This document shows, piece by piece, positions 40,336-54,406 of a stretch of DNA of 64,000 bases. The notes below the pieces were generated by a model. That model made no database searches and was not told the DNA's origin. It saw only the letters and a program-made list of their open reading frames with translations. Location: positions 113,708,001 to 113,772,000 of the forward strand of contig OZ024741.1 of assembly GCA_964016885.1 (NCBI GenBank), given 5' to 3'. Position 1 is the first letter of the stretch. The number at the start of each line of letters is the position of its first letter. The DNA comes from Eledone cirrhosa. Taxonomy: Eukaryota. A program made the translations under genes and the position numbers.

Positions 40336-42967
40336 ATGCAAAATTCATCCCTGAAGTCATTAATTCTCACCTTGCTGACAGTACTTCTGTAGATGGCTTG
40401 CATAGCTGTCACAAGCCATTTGTCTACTCTCTCTTCTTAGCAACCACCAGACTCAAGTTCATCATCAGGGGTTAGCACTAGATGGTTCTTGCCCCTCCCA
40501 CCATTACTGGTCAGAGGTGCACCATCAGATTTAGAAAATTTATGATGATATGCTAATTCCAAAATTCCACCTTAGAATTACTGCAAATTAGAGTGCCTAC
40601 CTCAAATGCTCTGAAACCTCCATCCCCAAAACCCAGGCACCAAAGTCTGATGACAAACCTGGCCAGACTACAGATTATAAAACCTTGTCAAATGGCTTCT
40701 TCAGGTCAACAAAAGTCAGTTACGATAGTTTATTCCCAACAAATAATACTCATATAGTTGAAGCTATGTGTATTCTGGGTTTTAGAATAAATACAGTATA
40801 TTCCCGTGTGTCATTAGAGGCAACTAAACGTGTTGGCATCAAGAAGGGCATCAAACTGTAAACATTGCCTCAAAACATCCCATCCAACCTAACATGGGAA
40901 TATGGATGCAAAACCAATGATAATGATGACAATGATTGTCTCATTTGGATGAGGTCACTGCCAGACTGTTTATGCTGGTGACTAACCTTGCCAAACATTT
41001 CGATCACTGTAAATGTGGTTGGCAGTAGGAAGGGTATCCACCAGCTGTAAAAACTCAGCCCAAACTGGCCCTACTATGAGCAAGACATGGCACAGCCAAC
41101 TGGCCAAACCTATCTCATAATGGAACCACCCAGTTCCTCACTGTAAATGTGATTCCCAGCCAAAATACAGTTCTGTTTGAGCAAGATACAGTGCAGCCAG
41201 ATGGCCAGACTTGTCTCATAACGTGGACGACCCATCTAAGCTATGCAAGCATGGAAAAATAGATGTTAAACAAGGATGATGATTATCAGCCTTCATCTCC
41301 TCTTCCCTTCTCTAACAAATTTCAAGTAGAACAACAGAAATTTTAATTAATTGAGAGATAAATAATTTTCAGTAATGGGGGAAAATTGAAACGGATCAAA
41401 GAAAGTTTTATTTTAGCTGAGCATATCAGATTGATTATTGATGAGGGCCAAAGAAAAGAGATAGTGACAGGATGAAAAAGAGACAGGGAGAGAAATTTTT
41501 TGCATTACATCATCGAAGAGTCATTTTAGCCATTTATAAAATCTATGTTCACATTATATTTATGGTGGATTGGCAGTATCAGTAGCGAGTCGGACGCCAT
41601 GCTTTCCACCATAGTTATGTCCCTTTACGATCTGAATTCAAATCCCCCCCGAGGTTAACTTTGCCTTTCATCCTTACGGGGTCGATAAAATAAAGTAACA
41701 GTAATGTACTGGGTAATTGCTGGCCTTGTGCCAAAAGTAGAAACAATTATATTTATCAGATATTTCTTGGTGTCAAAATTATTGTCACACTCTATGCGGA
41801 CTGGTCACTAACAGTGCAATGAAAATTGTGACAAGAAACAAATGACAATTATAAAGTAAATTTAATTGTTTGTGTGTTTTAAATTACTAAAATGGCTTTT
41901 CCTTGATGTACTGCATATACTTAAATATAAGTTGAAGAATATAATACGAAAAATCAATGGTAAAATGAGGGCTTGGCTTGTATTCGGGGTCAATATTTTG
42001 CTGATTTTCACCAATTTCAAATTCTGCAGCAATAAGGTTCTAAAATATCTGGAATGATTATTTCACAATGAAACACTATTTTTCTACATTTATTACATCT
42101 CGTTCATGTTATTAATGCATTCTCTTGAAAATATTTCCAACAAATTTTCATATACAGACATGTACACTCACACATACATGTTTTTCTCTGACAATACTTT
42201 TTCTTTCAATTTTCTCATTTTATTTTATTGCTTTTGCTCTTTCTTCCTCTGCCTCTCCTCTTTCTCACTTGCTGTGTCTACCTCCCTCTTCTATGAATCC
42301 CTATAAAAGTTCTCTTATTCGATCTTTTTGCTTTCAAAGTACTCCTAGCATGTGAGTAGCCAGAAGTAAACAAAAATTAGAGAAAGTTATTGAACTTAAC
42401 ATAATGAAAAGTCATTACGTAATAGTGTTGTGAAACAAAAACTATATTCTAAACAATTTTAAAACGTTTTAAACATCAAAATATTAAAACTTCATAAATA
42501 TATTTTATATTCAAGAAAGTTTCAAAACCATGCCATCTAAACATAATGTGTTGATTAGCTGTCTTTGCTTGTAAACAGGGTTTGGAATTTTGCCCATTTC
42601 TGACGGGGTTGGCTTATGTTTGAGAATATACAGTAATTCAAAATGGTTCTACACATGCTCTTAGATCAAGTTATTTACCAAACAATTACCACTCCAAAAC
42701 GATATTTGCTCTTAAATGAAAGTAAAAGATTTTTGTAAACAACATAATTCCCAAATTTCTATGTGTGTGTGTATATATATCATTTAATGTCCACTTTTCT
42801 TACTAACAAGGGTTGGATAGGTCTTCGCAGACCTAGCCTGTACTAAAGTGGGTTTCTTGACTTCCCAGAAAGGCTGGGCTTGCATCTTGCTTACATATGA
42901 TTCCACATTCTACCATATGTAAGCAAGATGTGAACCCCTGGCCTGTATGGCAGGTCGGTAGATCTAC

Positions 42968-43010
<43 letters not shown>

Positions 43011-43273
43011 GTAAAAGCTAAACAGAAATAACAAAAATAACAGCACAATACATGGAAGAAATATATTAGTTTACCGCTTGAAATAGCAGGAAGAGAGTCT
43101 TAATGTTTCGAACATTAGTTCTTCAACAGAAGATAGAGATAGAAATAGAAGATAAATAGAAAGTAAAAAGTGATGAGAGGAAAGAATGGGGGAAATGAAA
43201 AAAAGAATTTGGGAGAAAGAAACACACATGTATTCAGTCGGCATATATATATATGCCGATATATATATATAAT

Positions 43274-43618
43274 GGAGGCACATGGCTTAGTGGTTAGAGC
43301 ATTGGCCTTGCAATCGAAAGGTTGTGAGTTCAATTCTCAGACCGGGTGATGTGTTGTTTCCTTGAGCAAGACACTTTATTTCACATTGCTCCAGTTTACT
43401 CAGCTGTAGAAATGAGATGATAGGGACTGGGGTCCCTATCATTCCACTGCAAAGTGGTCGTGGAGGTGCCATGGCAAAAAAGCACCCAGCACTCACTGTA
43501 AATAAGGTTGGTGTTAGGAAGGGCATCCAGCTGTAGAAATCAAGCCAGAATCAGTTCCCGTCCCACCCTTGCAAGCAGGGAAAAAGCGGACGTAAAATGA
43601 AATGATGATGATGATGAT
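43274..43618 (+). mobile_element. SINE family A
   Basis: Near identity to the 3061 copy. Confidence 0.9.
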
Positions 43619-44131
43619 ATCATGATCATTACAGTTTAACATCTTATTTTCCATGCTTGTATGGGTCAGACAGCTATGAGGCAAGTTTAGCCATTTCGCC
43701 GTGCCCTACATTGCCCAAATGGAACTGTATTTTGGCCATTTTTTTACAGCTGGATGCTCTTCCTAATACCCTTACACTCTTACCACTGAAAATTGACTAA
43801 ATGTCACCAAATGGGTAAATAGGTAGCTAATAATCAGGTGTATCTTATTTGTTTCTGTTTTATCCAATTTTTTGTCACCTCTGAATGTTTGGACCACCTC
43901 TACATTATCTCATGTTTGTTACCATTGTCTCTGTCTGCCTTATCAGTATACAATTTTTATTTTATATATATATATATATATACACACACACTCACACACA
44001 ACACACACACTCACACACTCACACACAACACACACACTCACACATATATATAAAAGTATACACGCTTCAACACCATTCTAATAAATATTGCCTGTACAGG
44101 TAATCAAAGTATGTATACATTTTTTGGGGAC

Positions 44132-44168
<37 letters not shown>

Positions 44169-44759
44169 ATGTGTATATATATGTATAAGTGTATGTATAC
44201 ACATACATAACATATGCATACATATAGTTATATATGTTATATATATATATATAAACATCCATATATATATATATATATTCAACACATATACATATACCCC
44301 CATTTATTTCACTATATTAAATGCTTATTTTGCAAAGCCAAAGACAAATTGCAGCTTTCGACTTTACAACTTTGACTTTAAACCTAAGTCAATATTGTTA
44401 TATGGTGTATAAGTCATTGCAGACTATCATCATCACCAGCACCAGTAGTACTGATGGTGTAGGTTGTAGTAGTATTATTATTAGTAGTAGAAGTAGTAGT
44501 AGTGGTAGTGGTGGTATTAGGGGTAGTAGTGGTGTAGTAGTAGGAGTAGGAGAAATATATAGTATCACCAATATCAACTAAAAACATACATGATTAATCG
44601 TTGGTTGCGAAATTTTATTAGAAAAATAAGAAATGGCTGACAAGGTAAAAGGTAAAGAAATGTGTTGATCTTTCGCCCGTTATGGATCTTTTGGAAAGAA
44701 ATATTGATTCCTCTCTTGTCTTTATTATTGTTGCTTTAGTTTAGACACCATATGTGGTG

Positions 44760-45135
44760 GCTGAGTTGGCAGTGGTGGTGATAGTGTTGGTGTTATTGTT
44801 TTTGGTGTTTGTTGTGGTGGTGTTGTTGGTAAAGGTGGTTTTGTGGTGGTGGCATTGTTGATGGTGTTGTTGGTGAGTGATGGTTTTGTGGTGGTGGCAT
44901 TGTTGGTGGTGACATTTTAGTAGTGGTGTTGTTGGTAGTGATGGTTTTGTGGTGGTGGCATTGTTGGTGGTGTTGTTGGTGAGTGATGGTTTTGTGGTGG
45001 TGGCATTGTTGGTGGTGACATTTTAGTAGTGGTGTTGTTGGTAGTGATGGCTTTGTTGTGGTGGCATTGTTGGTGGTGATATTTTAGTGGTTGTAGTGTA
45101 ATGGTATTGTTTATGTTGGTGGCCATGGTGGTGAT
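44760..45135. repeat. GGT/GTT-rich low-complexity minisatellite
   Basis: Repeated gatggttttgtggtggtggcattgttggtggtg units. Confidence 0.85.
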
Positions 45136-46242
45136 GTTTTATTTCGGAGGGTTGCAATGAGGGCAGATTTTGGTGTTATGACTAATTTTTCTTTATTTTT
45201 TTATATTAATGTTTTGTTTTTTTTTGTTCCTTTCTCTCTGGTTTGCAATTTTGTTTGCCTTACACATTTTAATAAGGAAGGGAGGAGAGGCACATCTCTA
45301 ACCCTTTTGAGGACCTCCATGACTCGTAAGTGAGGGAAGAGAGTAACCTCAAATTGAAGATCTAGCTCAAAAGTTTGCAACAAAATGCACCTAAAGACCC
45401 AATGGTGCTTTTGATAAATTAGGTAACAGTAAATCTACCATACAGTTTTATATGTGATTATTGAAGCTCACATACATACAAATTTATATATATATATATA
45501 CACACACACATATACACTTACTAGAAGTTGTGTTGATATTTCATACAAATCATTTTTTGAAGAATTATATATAATATACAATATTTCAAACATTTTGTAA
45601 AGCTGAAAATTATCATCATCATCACAGAGCTCAATGTCAGTGGATGTCTTCTGCAATTTCCTCCAAGAAGTCTTGTCCCCTGCCATTCTGATCACCTCCT
45701 AGGGACTCCTGTTGGTCCATGTACAGTGGTTGCTCATTCAGCATCTTGATGGCTGCCCTCTTCCTCTACTGCCTGACACATATATTACAGTGCTCACCAG
45801 TCTCAAATCCTAGGGGTGTCTCACTACATGTAAAAAATACATCAGCTTACAATCTTGTGCTTTAGCAAGGATTTCTGTGCTGCACTAGTGTTTTCTTTCA
45901 TTATGACTTCATGTGGTACAGGACATTAAGAGTTAAAATGCGCAGTTTTGTTTCATAAAACCTGAGATGGCTTGGGACATGCTGGTATCAAAAGGGCTAA
46001 ATATATTTTTGGTGGGTTAAAAGATATTTGAAGCCACAACATAATGGTCAATAAGCCATCAAAAGAGCCTATGTTGTTGCCTGATCTGATAAACAAAATG
46101 ACAGAATGGTCATAGAATGTTTTTAACCATAACTTCACTAGATCAGGGATCACCTGGGTTAAATCAGTAAAAACAGTAACAACTAAACAGCTAAATGGCT
46201 GACAACTGACAGTGCTATATTCTATCATTATAAATTGAATAT

Positions 46243-47068
46243 CATCATCATCTTCGTTTAACGTCCATCTTCCACGCTAGCATGGGTTAGATGGGAGTTG
46301 TCCCACTTGAGGCAAGGTTGGTTGGGTGACCGTGTCTCGCTCATATAGGACTATCTGGCAGATTTTCTATGGCTGGATGCCCTTCCTAACACCAACCACA
46401 TTTACATTGTGGAACTGGAAACTTTTTACCATGTTACCTACACGGCCACATTACAGCGTGGCATATGTATTTTTTTGTCGTGACACCTACACGATCTCGA
46501 TCTCGATCTCATTATCTCATTTATTTGGACTGGATGTTGTGGTAACAACTTTACAGAGAGAGGGTGGTGTTAGTGGGAGTGGGAGGATAGGGTAGGGGTA
46601 GTGGATTGGAGTGTATATTTGGTTAAGAGGTGCCTACTTTGTACATAGGCAAGGCGGGTCTTCTGTATTACTGCGTAGCGCCAAAGATCTCGGTCCAGTG
46701 GCATTGTCTTAGAGAGGTGCAAATGTGTAAGGTTGGAATTTATCAAATCATCCCAGGTTTTTCTGGGTCTACCTACTCCGTAACTACCATCAATTTTGAT
46801 CGCCCTGCACTTTTTTATACAGCTGTCGTCTTTCATGCGTATCACGTGACCATACCAACGTAGTCTGCTCTCAAGTAAACAGCATCTGTTCCTTCTTATT
46901 CCTAATTTCTCACTTTGTTCATTTATGCTTTGCCGTTCACATATATTACTATTACACATCCAACGGAGCATGCATGCTTCATTCCTTTCCAGTCTGCGCA
47001 GGTCCTCTGCATGCAATGCCCTTGTCTCACTGCCATGTTGCATTGATGTTCGTATACAGGCATCATAC
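46243..47068 (-). mobile_element. 5'-truncated RTE LINE
   Basis: YDACIRTSMQHGSET..RLRWYGHV..GRPRKTWDD plus 3'UTR and tail. Confidence 0.9.
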
Positions 47069-48007
47069 AAATATGTGATAATTTTCCTTATTAGTAAAAA
47101 AAATAAAACATTTTAATTTTACTACCAAACCACATGATACTGCCTCTGGAGCCATGATACTAAGCTGATTATTGTGAAAATGTTATATTTAAATAAAAAC
47201 ATTCTATTATATGTTTATGTAAAAATCCTTGTTGAGTTATGTTCCAAACACCAGCTTAACAATTAGAAAGTTAGTTATATTACTACTAAACCCCTACAGA
47301 TTCTTAATTATTTTCAAAATGATTGAAAAAGCATAGGCAGTGTTTTTCATTAGAAATATTGTAAAGAAAGTGTTAATGCAATCACAAGCAAGTCTAAAAT
47401 AAAAAGAAATTGGTATTCATATATGTATAGACATTTGGACAAGTTCTACCTAGAGAATTTCCCAAAGATCTGCAGTGAAAATAATAATTCTGTTAACTAT
47501 GTGAATTAAGAGCTAGAGATTCTTGCATCAACAGATTTTATTATAATATAAAGTAACCACCAAGGTAGTTCAAAATAATATGATGGGGAAAAAAGTTTTG
47601 TAGTTTTTCAGAGAGTCTTTAGTTTTCCTTCAGCTGATAACTCTGAAAAAGAGTAACTAAGTAAAGCTTGAAGTTATCAATTTATTGTGATGTATATACT
47701 CTGTGACAGTTTTCTAAGCAATATGATAAACAGAAACATATGATACAGTTTTGTTTCATTACATAGATATAGTTGATAACAGCATGGAACAATATAATAA
47801 TATATAATAGTCTGAGAATTGTTTTGGCTGAAGGTTGCAGCATGGACTCAATCTGAAGTTAGCGAGACAAATGCTCCAATTGAATCAAATTCAAATGAGT
47901 ACACCAAGAATAAATTACAAAAGAACTAATTTTATTAAAGAAATTAACAGTCCTTAAAATTCCACAAGATTTGTTACCAGAGTAATTTTGGATGCTCTCA
48001 TCATTAC

Positions 48008-48122
<115 letters not shown>

Positions 48123-48435
48123 GGTTAATAGAAAAACAAGGCACATTTGTTGTTGTTCCGTGATTGATTTATTGAATACTGGAAAATTTTGCACATGTTT
48201 CAATACATTACATAATCATTTTTCTGGGATGTTCTCTGGAGATACGGTGAGTACCATCAAGCAGTGTAATAATATAAATTTTATAGGGTGATTATGTAAT
48301 ACATTGAAACACATATACGACTTTCCAGGATTCAATAAATGAATCATTGAATATCAACAAATGTGCCATGTTTTTCTATTAACCTGTATATTTATAACTC
48401 CATGAATTATCCATATTGGATTGATTTATATATAA

Positions 48436-48469
<34 letters not shown>

Positions 48470-48503
48470 GTATATATAAAGATGATGATATATATATATA
48501 TAC

Positions 48504-48600
48504 ACAGGGTGCCCTCAAAAAATGTGTACACACTTCAACAGCGTTGTAATAAATATTGCCTGTACAGACAATCAAAGTATGTATTCATTTTTTGGGGACC
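48504..48600. mobile_element. ~97-bp Tc1/mariner-type MITE; partial second copy at 44053-44136
   Basis: Imperfect TIRs cagggtgccctcaaaaaatgtgtacacactt / aagtatgtattcattttttggggaccc; same internal core aataaatattgcctgtacag in both copies. Confidence 0.7.
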
Positions 48601-48601
48601 C

Positions 48602-49998
48602 ATCATCATCATCGTTTAACGTCTACCTTTCATGCTAGCATGGGTTAGACGGGAATTGTCCCACTTGAGGCAAGATTGGCCGGGTGACTGTGTCTCTCTT
48701 GTAAAGGACTATCTGGCAGGTTTTCTATGGCTCGATGCCCTTCCTAACACCAACCACATTTACAGTGTGGACTGGGAGCCTTTTTACCGTGTTTCCTACA
48801 TAGCCACATTACAGTGTGGACTGTGTGTTTTTTGTCATGACACCTACATGACCTCATTTATTTAGGACTGGATGTTGTGGTACCAACATAACTTTACAGA
48901 GAAAGGGTGGCATTGGTGGGAGTGGGAGGATGGAGTAAGGGCCGTGGGTTGGGGTGTATATTTGGTTAAGAGGTGTCTACTGACTGGAGGTTTCGCTTTG
49001 TACATAGGCAAGGCGGGTCTTCTGTATTACTGCATAGCGCCAAAGATCTTGGTCCAGTGACATTGTCTTAGAGAGGTGCAACTGAGTAAGGTCGGAATTT
49101 ATCAAATCGTCCCAGGTTTTTTTGGGTCTACCTACTCTGTAACTTCTATCAATTTTGATCACCCTGCACTTTTTTATACAGCTGTCATCTTTCATGCGCA
49201 TCACGTGACCATACCAATGTAGTCTTCTCTCAAGTAAACAGCATCTGATCCCTCTTATTCCTAATTTCTCACTTAGTTCATTTATGTTTTGCCGTTCATC
49301 TATATTACTATTACACATCCAATGGAGCATGCATGCTTCATTCCTTTCCAGTCTGCGCAGGTCCTTTGCACACAATGCCAATGTCTCACTGCCATGTAGC
49401 ATTGCTGTTCGTATACAGGCATCATACAATCTGCCTTTCATTTTTAGAGAGAAACCTTTTGTGGCCAACAGCAGTTATAAGCTCTCTGAACTTTTTCCAT
49501 CCTGTTCTGCCTCTAGCTACTGTACTTTCAGAGCACCCTCCACCACTGCTGATTTTGTCACCCAGGTAACGGAAAGTGTCCACTATTTCTATATAACCAT
49601 CTAGGCAATAGCAGGAGCTAGTATCCTGTGGGCACTTGCTACTTATTGCATCTAAGCATCGGCCACATATAAAGTCTACGTTCTTAGATAGCTTACCTGT
49701 GGTCCCACTACATCTTTTATGTACCCATAGTTTGCATTTGGGACATAAAATGGAATTTCTACCTACTTCTTTCCTACACACTGAGCATGGCAATTTCCCA
49801 GAGGGCACCTGTGCCCTATTTTCCTTTCTACATACTAGAACTTTAGTCTTAGACAAGTTAACTTTAAAGCCTTTTGATTCTTGACCATGCTTCCATGTTT
49901 GGAATTTCTTCTCTAGTTCAGCCATAAATTCAGCTATGAGAGTTAGATCATCTGCGTATAGAAGTTCCCATGGGCAGCCGGTCTTAAACTCCTCTGTT
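48602..49998 (-). mobile_element. 5'-truncated RTE LINE
   Basis: PWELLYADDL, CSVC..CPKCKLWVHKRC..CGRC, FRYLG, HGSET, GRPKKTW. Confidence 0.92.
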
Positions 49999-51523
49999 AT
50001 ATAAACATCAACAAATATAAACACACAGACAAACTACATATGTTATATAATGACTAAGTTCGCTACTAACTTCTGTTCACCACTTTGACCATGTGGGCAA
50101 TTTGATTCTTGTTCTAAATGTTAAACTCAAGTATCTATTATATTGTGTGTATCCAGTTGAGTATAGGTATGTTATATCCTTGCATGTCATAAGAGGCAAC
50201 TTCTAAAAGGGGTAGCACCAGGGACAGTAAGCAGTCGTAAAACATTTCCCTCAAAAGAACCCCATGATGAATATGAAGTCAATCATGGGGCCTATAATGT
50301 TAACCTCTGTCATAGGAGAAAACGTGACCTAAAAATAGTTTATCATTATCAGCATAGAATTATGGCCCTTTTTGGTCTAAATTCAAATCTCACCATGGTT
50401 AACTTTGTATCCTTACAAGGTCGATAAAATAAAGCACCAGTAATGCACTTGGGAGAATTGGTGGCCTTGTCCCAAAAGTAGAAAGAATTATTGTTGATAG
50501 TACAAGTACTGTTAAGGAACTAAAGTCGATTTAGTCAATTCTTCCCTCCCTTAAAATATGTGATATTATTAAGTTGTTAATATTAACTCTTAATGTCCTA
50601 TACCACATGAAACTACATCAGCAAATGTACAAAACAGTACTTTGAAATGTACAAAACAGTACTTTGACTACACCATATCTAAAATGAAAGTCTTTTCTTT
50701 AATACTGCACATTTTCACAACAATCTATCCACAAATAGAGATACTATAAACTATCGCAAGTCTTGATTATTTTAAACCTGGCAGAGCCCATCTCTTCTCC
50801 AGGTCTAAACACAAAGTGAGATAGAGTGAAAAAGAGATATAGAGGAAGAGTCAACACCAGTACTGGACAGGTACTTTCTTTTTGACCTCGAAAAGATGGA
50901 AGGCAAAGTTTCCTCAGCAGGTTTTGAGTTCAGTGTAGAGAGCTGAAACAACTACTCCAAAGCATTCGATTCAATGTTCTATTGACTCTACCAATTTGCC
51001 TGCAGTAATCATATTTTTTATCAAAATGACAAGGGAGATAAATCTTAAATCAAAATTAATCATAAAGTTATAAAGATCATGCAGTAGGGAAGGAAACAGA
51101 TCTTTGGTAAGTATAGGGACAACACTAAGCATCTTTTGATCTTAGTAGACCCTTTCAATGAAGCAGAATCTTAGATCTAAGAATGACTGAGTGAATATAT
51201 AGGTTTTGAATTAAAAAATATTCACTCATTAAACAATTTAACTCTTTTAACAACAAATTTACTGAAACCACCCTTGGTTCTTTGATGCAAAGCTATTTAT
51301 TTTTAAATGCTTATATTTATCATTTATCTAAAAACCTGCTTTTATATAAGAACATATGTTAAGTTATATCCCAAACATGTGAGAGAGAAGAGAAAGAAAC
51401 AGAAAATTGTTTATTTTATGTTTAGAGAACGTACATAGAAGTATACATAAGTTGTTTAAATTATCTTTTTATTTCTAAATAGATACATATATATTGATCA
51501 ACCTATTTAAATGCTTGAATATA

Positions 51524-51612
<89 letters not shown>

Positions 51613-52339
51613 TATATACATATATCTGTATCTATCTATCTAATTCTGTTTCACTCTATCTCATATATATATATATGTATGCTTGTGTGTGCGTCAGTGT
51701 GTGTGGGGTGGTCAGTATGTGTGTGTGTGTGTGTCAGTATGTATGTGTTTGAATCAGTATGTGTAGATGTTTGTGTGTAGATAGATTGTGTAATACAAAA
51801 CTCCTTCAATTAGAGACAGTTTTCCTCAACATTTTCAACCCAATAGGAAATGTAAAATATATTATTTTTAGACAATATCCTATTGACATTCCTATATAAT
51901 CTACTCTATGTGATATCAAAGGCTATCATGATGACATTTTTAATATCTTTCATAAACTGATAAATCATAGAAAAAAATCATACAACTTTTGACTTCTTTA
52001 TTTAAATATTCTTTGTTCTTGTGTATTTTGGTGTATTCTTGTGTGGTTTTAAAATATATAGTTTGTATGTGTACAGCTATCCACATATGTGTATATATGA
52101 TTATGTAGGCATTTTTTTAGTGTTTATGTACTTTTATGAGTATTTATGTGTGCAGGAATACACACACATATTTTTAGTATATAGATATGTAAACGTGCTA
52201 AGTATATGTATTTTTCCCTGTAAATTGAAAAATGTATAAATTTACACACAACTTTACACAGTTTCAATTACTTCTCTACCTTATCATACCGATATAACCT
52301 TATCATAAACTTTAGCTACTTTACACATGAAGTAATATA

Positions 52340-52790
52340 AAGGGTGGGTAAAAGAAAACTCTCTATTCAAAAATGTGAATAACTTTCTCAAATATTGTTC
52401 GATTTTCATGAAACATGTTTTATTTTGAACAGTATAATGGTAGAAGTACAGTACAGTACAGTGTTAAAATTCTAGATAGGCATAAACGTTGTCCACCAGT
52501 TTATCTAATCATCTGGGTATATCCTCGACTGACTTCATCAAGAACTCAGGCAGTATGTTGGTCTGTATGATGAATGTGTTCCCTCAATTGAATCAGAGTT
52601 TTTGGTTTTGGAAAATATCACTTGGTGTTAAGCATAAATATGAGGTCATTGATGTTGTCCCAAGTGGTCACAATAGGTCAGAAGTTATAAGTAATTTTCA
52701 ATAGGGAGTTTCTTTCCACCCATGTTGTATATCTTCATTAACTACCGACAAGAGTTCTAATAAAATGCAAGTTAGTACCTCCTTTCCAGG
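52340..52790 (-). mobile_element. Tc1/mariner transposase C-terminal remnant with terminal repeat
   Basis: Minus-strand PKPKTLIQLREHI and ILPEFLMKSVEDIPR*LDKLVDNVYAYLEF*; TIR-like end agggtgggtaaaagaaaact after TA. Confidence 0.6.
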
Positions 52791-53019
52791 ATACAACTCT
52801 AAATGGAAATACGTATATTTACATGTCTATATACGCATGTTTACATGTCTACATACTAAAAATATATAAATTTATATATACATTTTTGTAGACTCAGTAA
52901 CCTCTCTTCTGTATGTATACAGAATAGTATTATCCTTATGGGGTCGATAAAATAAAGTACCAGTAATACACTGGGTAATTGCTGGCCTTGTGCCTAAAGT
53001 AGAAACAAGTATTTTATCA

Positions 53020-53960
53020 TGTAATATTTGTCACCACTGGACACCTCTCTCTACTTGACTTTACACTGAGAGTCACAGAGGTGGGAACCATACCAAATTT
53101 TACAGGATGGAGGCCTGCAGAGACTTTTGTACACCACAACCCCACACCTCCCTTCAGAGCTAAAATTGCCTGTAAAAGGAATGAGGTCACCCAGATATGC
53201 CACAGATGCAACAAGGGTAGCAAAAGACATACCAGCATGGTGGAATTCCAAAGAGTTCTCACCAAAAACGGCTATCCTACTTCCCTCACCAAACAACGAA
53301 ATGCCAAGGCAGCAAGACTTAAAAGAACAAGGATGGCACACAACCCAAAGCTGCCACATTTCAACGAGAAGATGTCAGATGCCATCATACAAGCAATACA
53401 CAGGGAGTTAATAAATATACACACAATCAAGACCCTCATTGAAGATGACACCAACCCATATACAGCAATATTTGCACACTTCCTAATTGTCCCATCAACA
53501 ACACAGGACTATGCATGAGAGCATATTTGGTCGATAAGATCACGTGCAAAATATGTAGCTCTGCATACAGCAGAAGTACCATAAGGATAAAGAAGCATAT
53601 GATAATGAGAGCATCTTCCGTTAAAAAATCATCTTGACGGATGCCACAGCCAAGACATTGAGGTCACCATAGAGGTGACAGAAAGAAATATAGGCAATTT
53701 AAGGATTAAAGAGGCAATTTTCATCAATCAAATAAAACCAGGGATAATTAATAGATCAGAAATGCATGTGGCAACCCCATGCATACATTTTGCAAACACA
53801 TAGACCAGTTAGGGAAGAAAACTTTGATCATTCATTTAGTTTTGTCTTTGACTATTTCAGCTTTGTATCTAAAGAGAGCATTATAGCCCTGAAATATGAT
53901 GCTAAAATACACTGGGTAAATAAAACATTACTTTTGATTCATTTGTCATCATTTGCCCTT
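53020..53960 (+). mobile_element. Decayed Penelope-like element (RT thumb region plus GIY-YIG remnant)
   Basis: LTKNGYP, KLPHFNEKMS, ITCKICS, HLDGCH, LRIKEAIFINQIKPG across frameshifts; degenerate hammerhead-like core near 53868. Confidence 0.72.
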
Positions 53961-54375
53961 CGTATTTTTCTACTGTATTGTACTGGCTTTAAAAAATTAT
54001 CGGTCTTTTACTATATATATATAATCATCATCATCACCATTTTACATCCATTCTTCCACGCTAGCATGGGTTAGATGAGTTGTCCTGATCTGGGCAATGT
54101 CAGGTGACCATATCATGCTCAAACAGAACTGATTTTGGCTTGATTTCTACAGCTGGATGCGCTTCCTAACACCAACCTCATTTACAGTGAGTACTAGGTG
54201 CTTTTTATAGTGGCGCCTACACGTCCACTTTACAGTGTGGACTGGGTGCTTTTTGTCGTGACACCTACATGACCACTTTACAGTGGGAGGGTGGGGCCAT
54301 ACTGTCTATATGCTTCAGCTTTAACTCATGGGAAGTTGGGTTTTCTGTATTACTGTGTAACGCCAGAAGTCTCGG

Positions 54376-54406
<31 letters not shown>

